Source of the DNA: an uncultured Holophaga sp.
GTDB lineage: Bacteria; Acidobacteriota; Holophagae; Holophagales; Holophagaceae
Assembly (NCBI GenBank): GCA_963664825.1
Contig: OY761614.1
Span: 3,040,001 to 3,104,000 of the forward strand
Length of the DNA: 64,000 nucleotides
Direction: 5' to 3'
The notes under the pieces were generated by a model. It made no database searches, had not been told where the DNA came from, and was given only the letters and a program-made list of their open reading frames with translations. This document shows positions 62,736 to 64,000 of the stretch, piece by piece. Every line of letters begins with the position of its first letter. Positions within the stretch are counted from its first letter, which is position 1. A program made the translations under genes and the position numbers.

Positions 62736-63680
62736 ATGAAGCTCCCCCTCGTCTTCAATCCCAGATCCGGCGCCCGCGGCAAGGACCCCGAGGCCCTGAT
62801 GGCGCGCCTGCCGGTGGAACTGCGTGCTCGCCTCGAACCCACACCCCTGGGCCCTCCCTGGGACTACGCGCCACTGATCGAGCGGGCCGTGGCGGCAGGT
62901 GGTCCCCTGCTGGTCTGGGGCGGAGACGGCACGCTCCACTACGCGGGCCGGGCGCTGGTGGAGGCTGGATGTCCCGTGGCGCTGGCGGCCATTCCCGGGG
63001 GATCCGGCAACGGCCTCGCGCGGGGGCTCCGCACGCCCCTGAATCCGGCGGGGGCCGTGGCGAACCTCCTGACGGGTCGTGAACTCCAGATGGACCTCCC
63101 CCGCCTGGATGGCGTGCCCTTCTTCAATGTCTGCGGCACGGGCTTCGAGGCCGCCATCGCCCACGCCTTCGACGCCCCCCATGGGCGGGGCATCCTGAAT
63201 TATGTGAGGCTCTGCCTGGGGCTCTGGCGACATCATCCGGAGATGCAGGTCCGCTGGGACGCCCTTCGCCCCGAGACCCTGGCACCGGTGACGGCGATGG
63301 AGAAATTGCGCGCCGCCTGGCAGGGCGCCGAGCCGGCGCTACCGGAAGAGGCCTGGAGCCTCTGTTTCGCCAACCTTCCCCAGTACGGCAGCGGCCTCTG
63401 GATCGCGCCCAATGCCGATCCCACCGATGGCATCCTCCAGTGGGTGCACCTCAAACGCCCTAGGCTCCTCGAGCTTCTCGCCGAAGTCCCCCAGCTCTTC
63501 CGGGAGGGAGGCCGCACCCACCTCCGGCAGGAGGGCAGGGTGCTCCGTGCCATCGTGCATCTGGACCGGGCCATGCCTTGGCATCTGGACGGCGAACCCT
63601 CCCCGGCGCGGGACCGGGCCGAATTGACCATCGAGAAGGGCGCCTTCCGGATGCAGGTGACCTCGAACTGCCCCTGGTGA
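62736..63680 (+). CDS. Diacylglycerol/lipid kinase family protein
   Basis: FNPRSG, GGDGT, IPGGSGNGLAR, DGE; start refined to 62736. Confidence 0.9.
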   Translation: MKLPLVFNPRSGARGKDPEALMARLPVELRARLEPTPLGPPWDYAPLIERAVAAGGPLLVWGGDGTLHYAGRALVEAGCPVALAAIPGGSGNGLARGLRTPLNPAGAVANLLTGRELQMDLPRLDGVPFFNVCGTGFEAAIAHAFDAPHGRGILNYVRLCLGLWRHHPEMQVRWDALRPETLAPVTAMEKLRAAWQGAEPALPEEAWSLCFANLPQYGSGLWIAPNADPTDGILQWVHLKRPRLLELLAEVPQLFREGGRTHLRQEGRVLRAIVHLDRAMPWHLDGEPSPARDRAELTIEKGAFRMQVTSNCPW

Positions 63681-63785
63681 GGTGAGGGCCTGTTTGCCTC
63701 GCCATGTCACGATTTGCCACAAAGCTGCCAGGCAGGACCACCCTGTGCAATACTATATTCAGCGTTTGCGCATGCCGAGGACCTC

Positions 63786-64000
63786 ATGGTTGCAGCTTCA
63801 GGGAAGCCCCCCAAAAAGGAGAAGGCAAAGCATCAAACTCCAGAACAACGTCTGGCGGCTATGAAGTATAACCATATGATGTATGGACCTACGGCCGGTG
63901 AATTGAGGCCAGTCTCGAAAAGAATAGATTTTGGTGCGGCTTACATTAAACATCCGAAATTTCAGAGTCTGATGACTGCGTTCAAAGGCGGCACCGAATT
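63786..64000 (+). CDS. Hypothetical protein, truncated by the window end
   Basis: GAGGA RBS, ATG 63786, open to the end (MVAASGKPPKKEKAKHQTPEQRLAAMKYN...); AT-richer than upstream genes. Confidence 0.6.
   Translation, partial: MVAASGKPPKKEKAKHQTPEQRLAAMKYNHMMYGPTAGELRPVSKRIDFGAAYIKHPKFQSLMTAFKGGTE

Overview
GC-rich bacterial chromosome segment. Gene content suggests Acidobacteriota/Holophagae (Geothrix/Holophaga-like), but this is an inference. Positions ~482-10389 are a complete ~9.9 kb element integrated in the 3' end of a tRNA-Arg(ACG) gene. It carries a tyrosine integrase, an HTH excisionase-like gene, a HUH rolling-circle Rep with a CTTGATA nick-site motif inside its own gene, a cluster of GAA-triloop hairpins, a Phd/RelE-ParE toxin-antitoxin pair and an AT-rich IetAS-like (AAA ATPase + S8 protease) defence cassette, but no capsid or conjugation genes. 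Left of it are traces of a probable second tandem element, including an ssb remnant. The rest is mostly core chromosome: a giant pentapeptide-repeat protein, M23 peptidase/bactofilin, a chemosensory operon headed by a PAS-kinase-REC-REC-PP2C-anti-sigma fusion plus STAS protein, xerC, tex, lepB, cca, ispF, ruvB (3' end duplicated around a small structured insert), an ISL3 interrupting a DUF3667-like gene, fbaA, several sensor kinases, an orphan PstS-like protein and an erythromycin-esterase-family protein.
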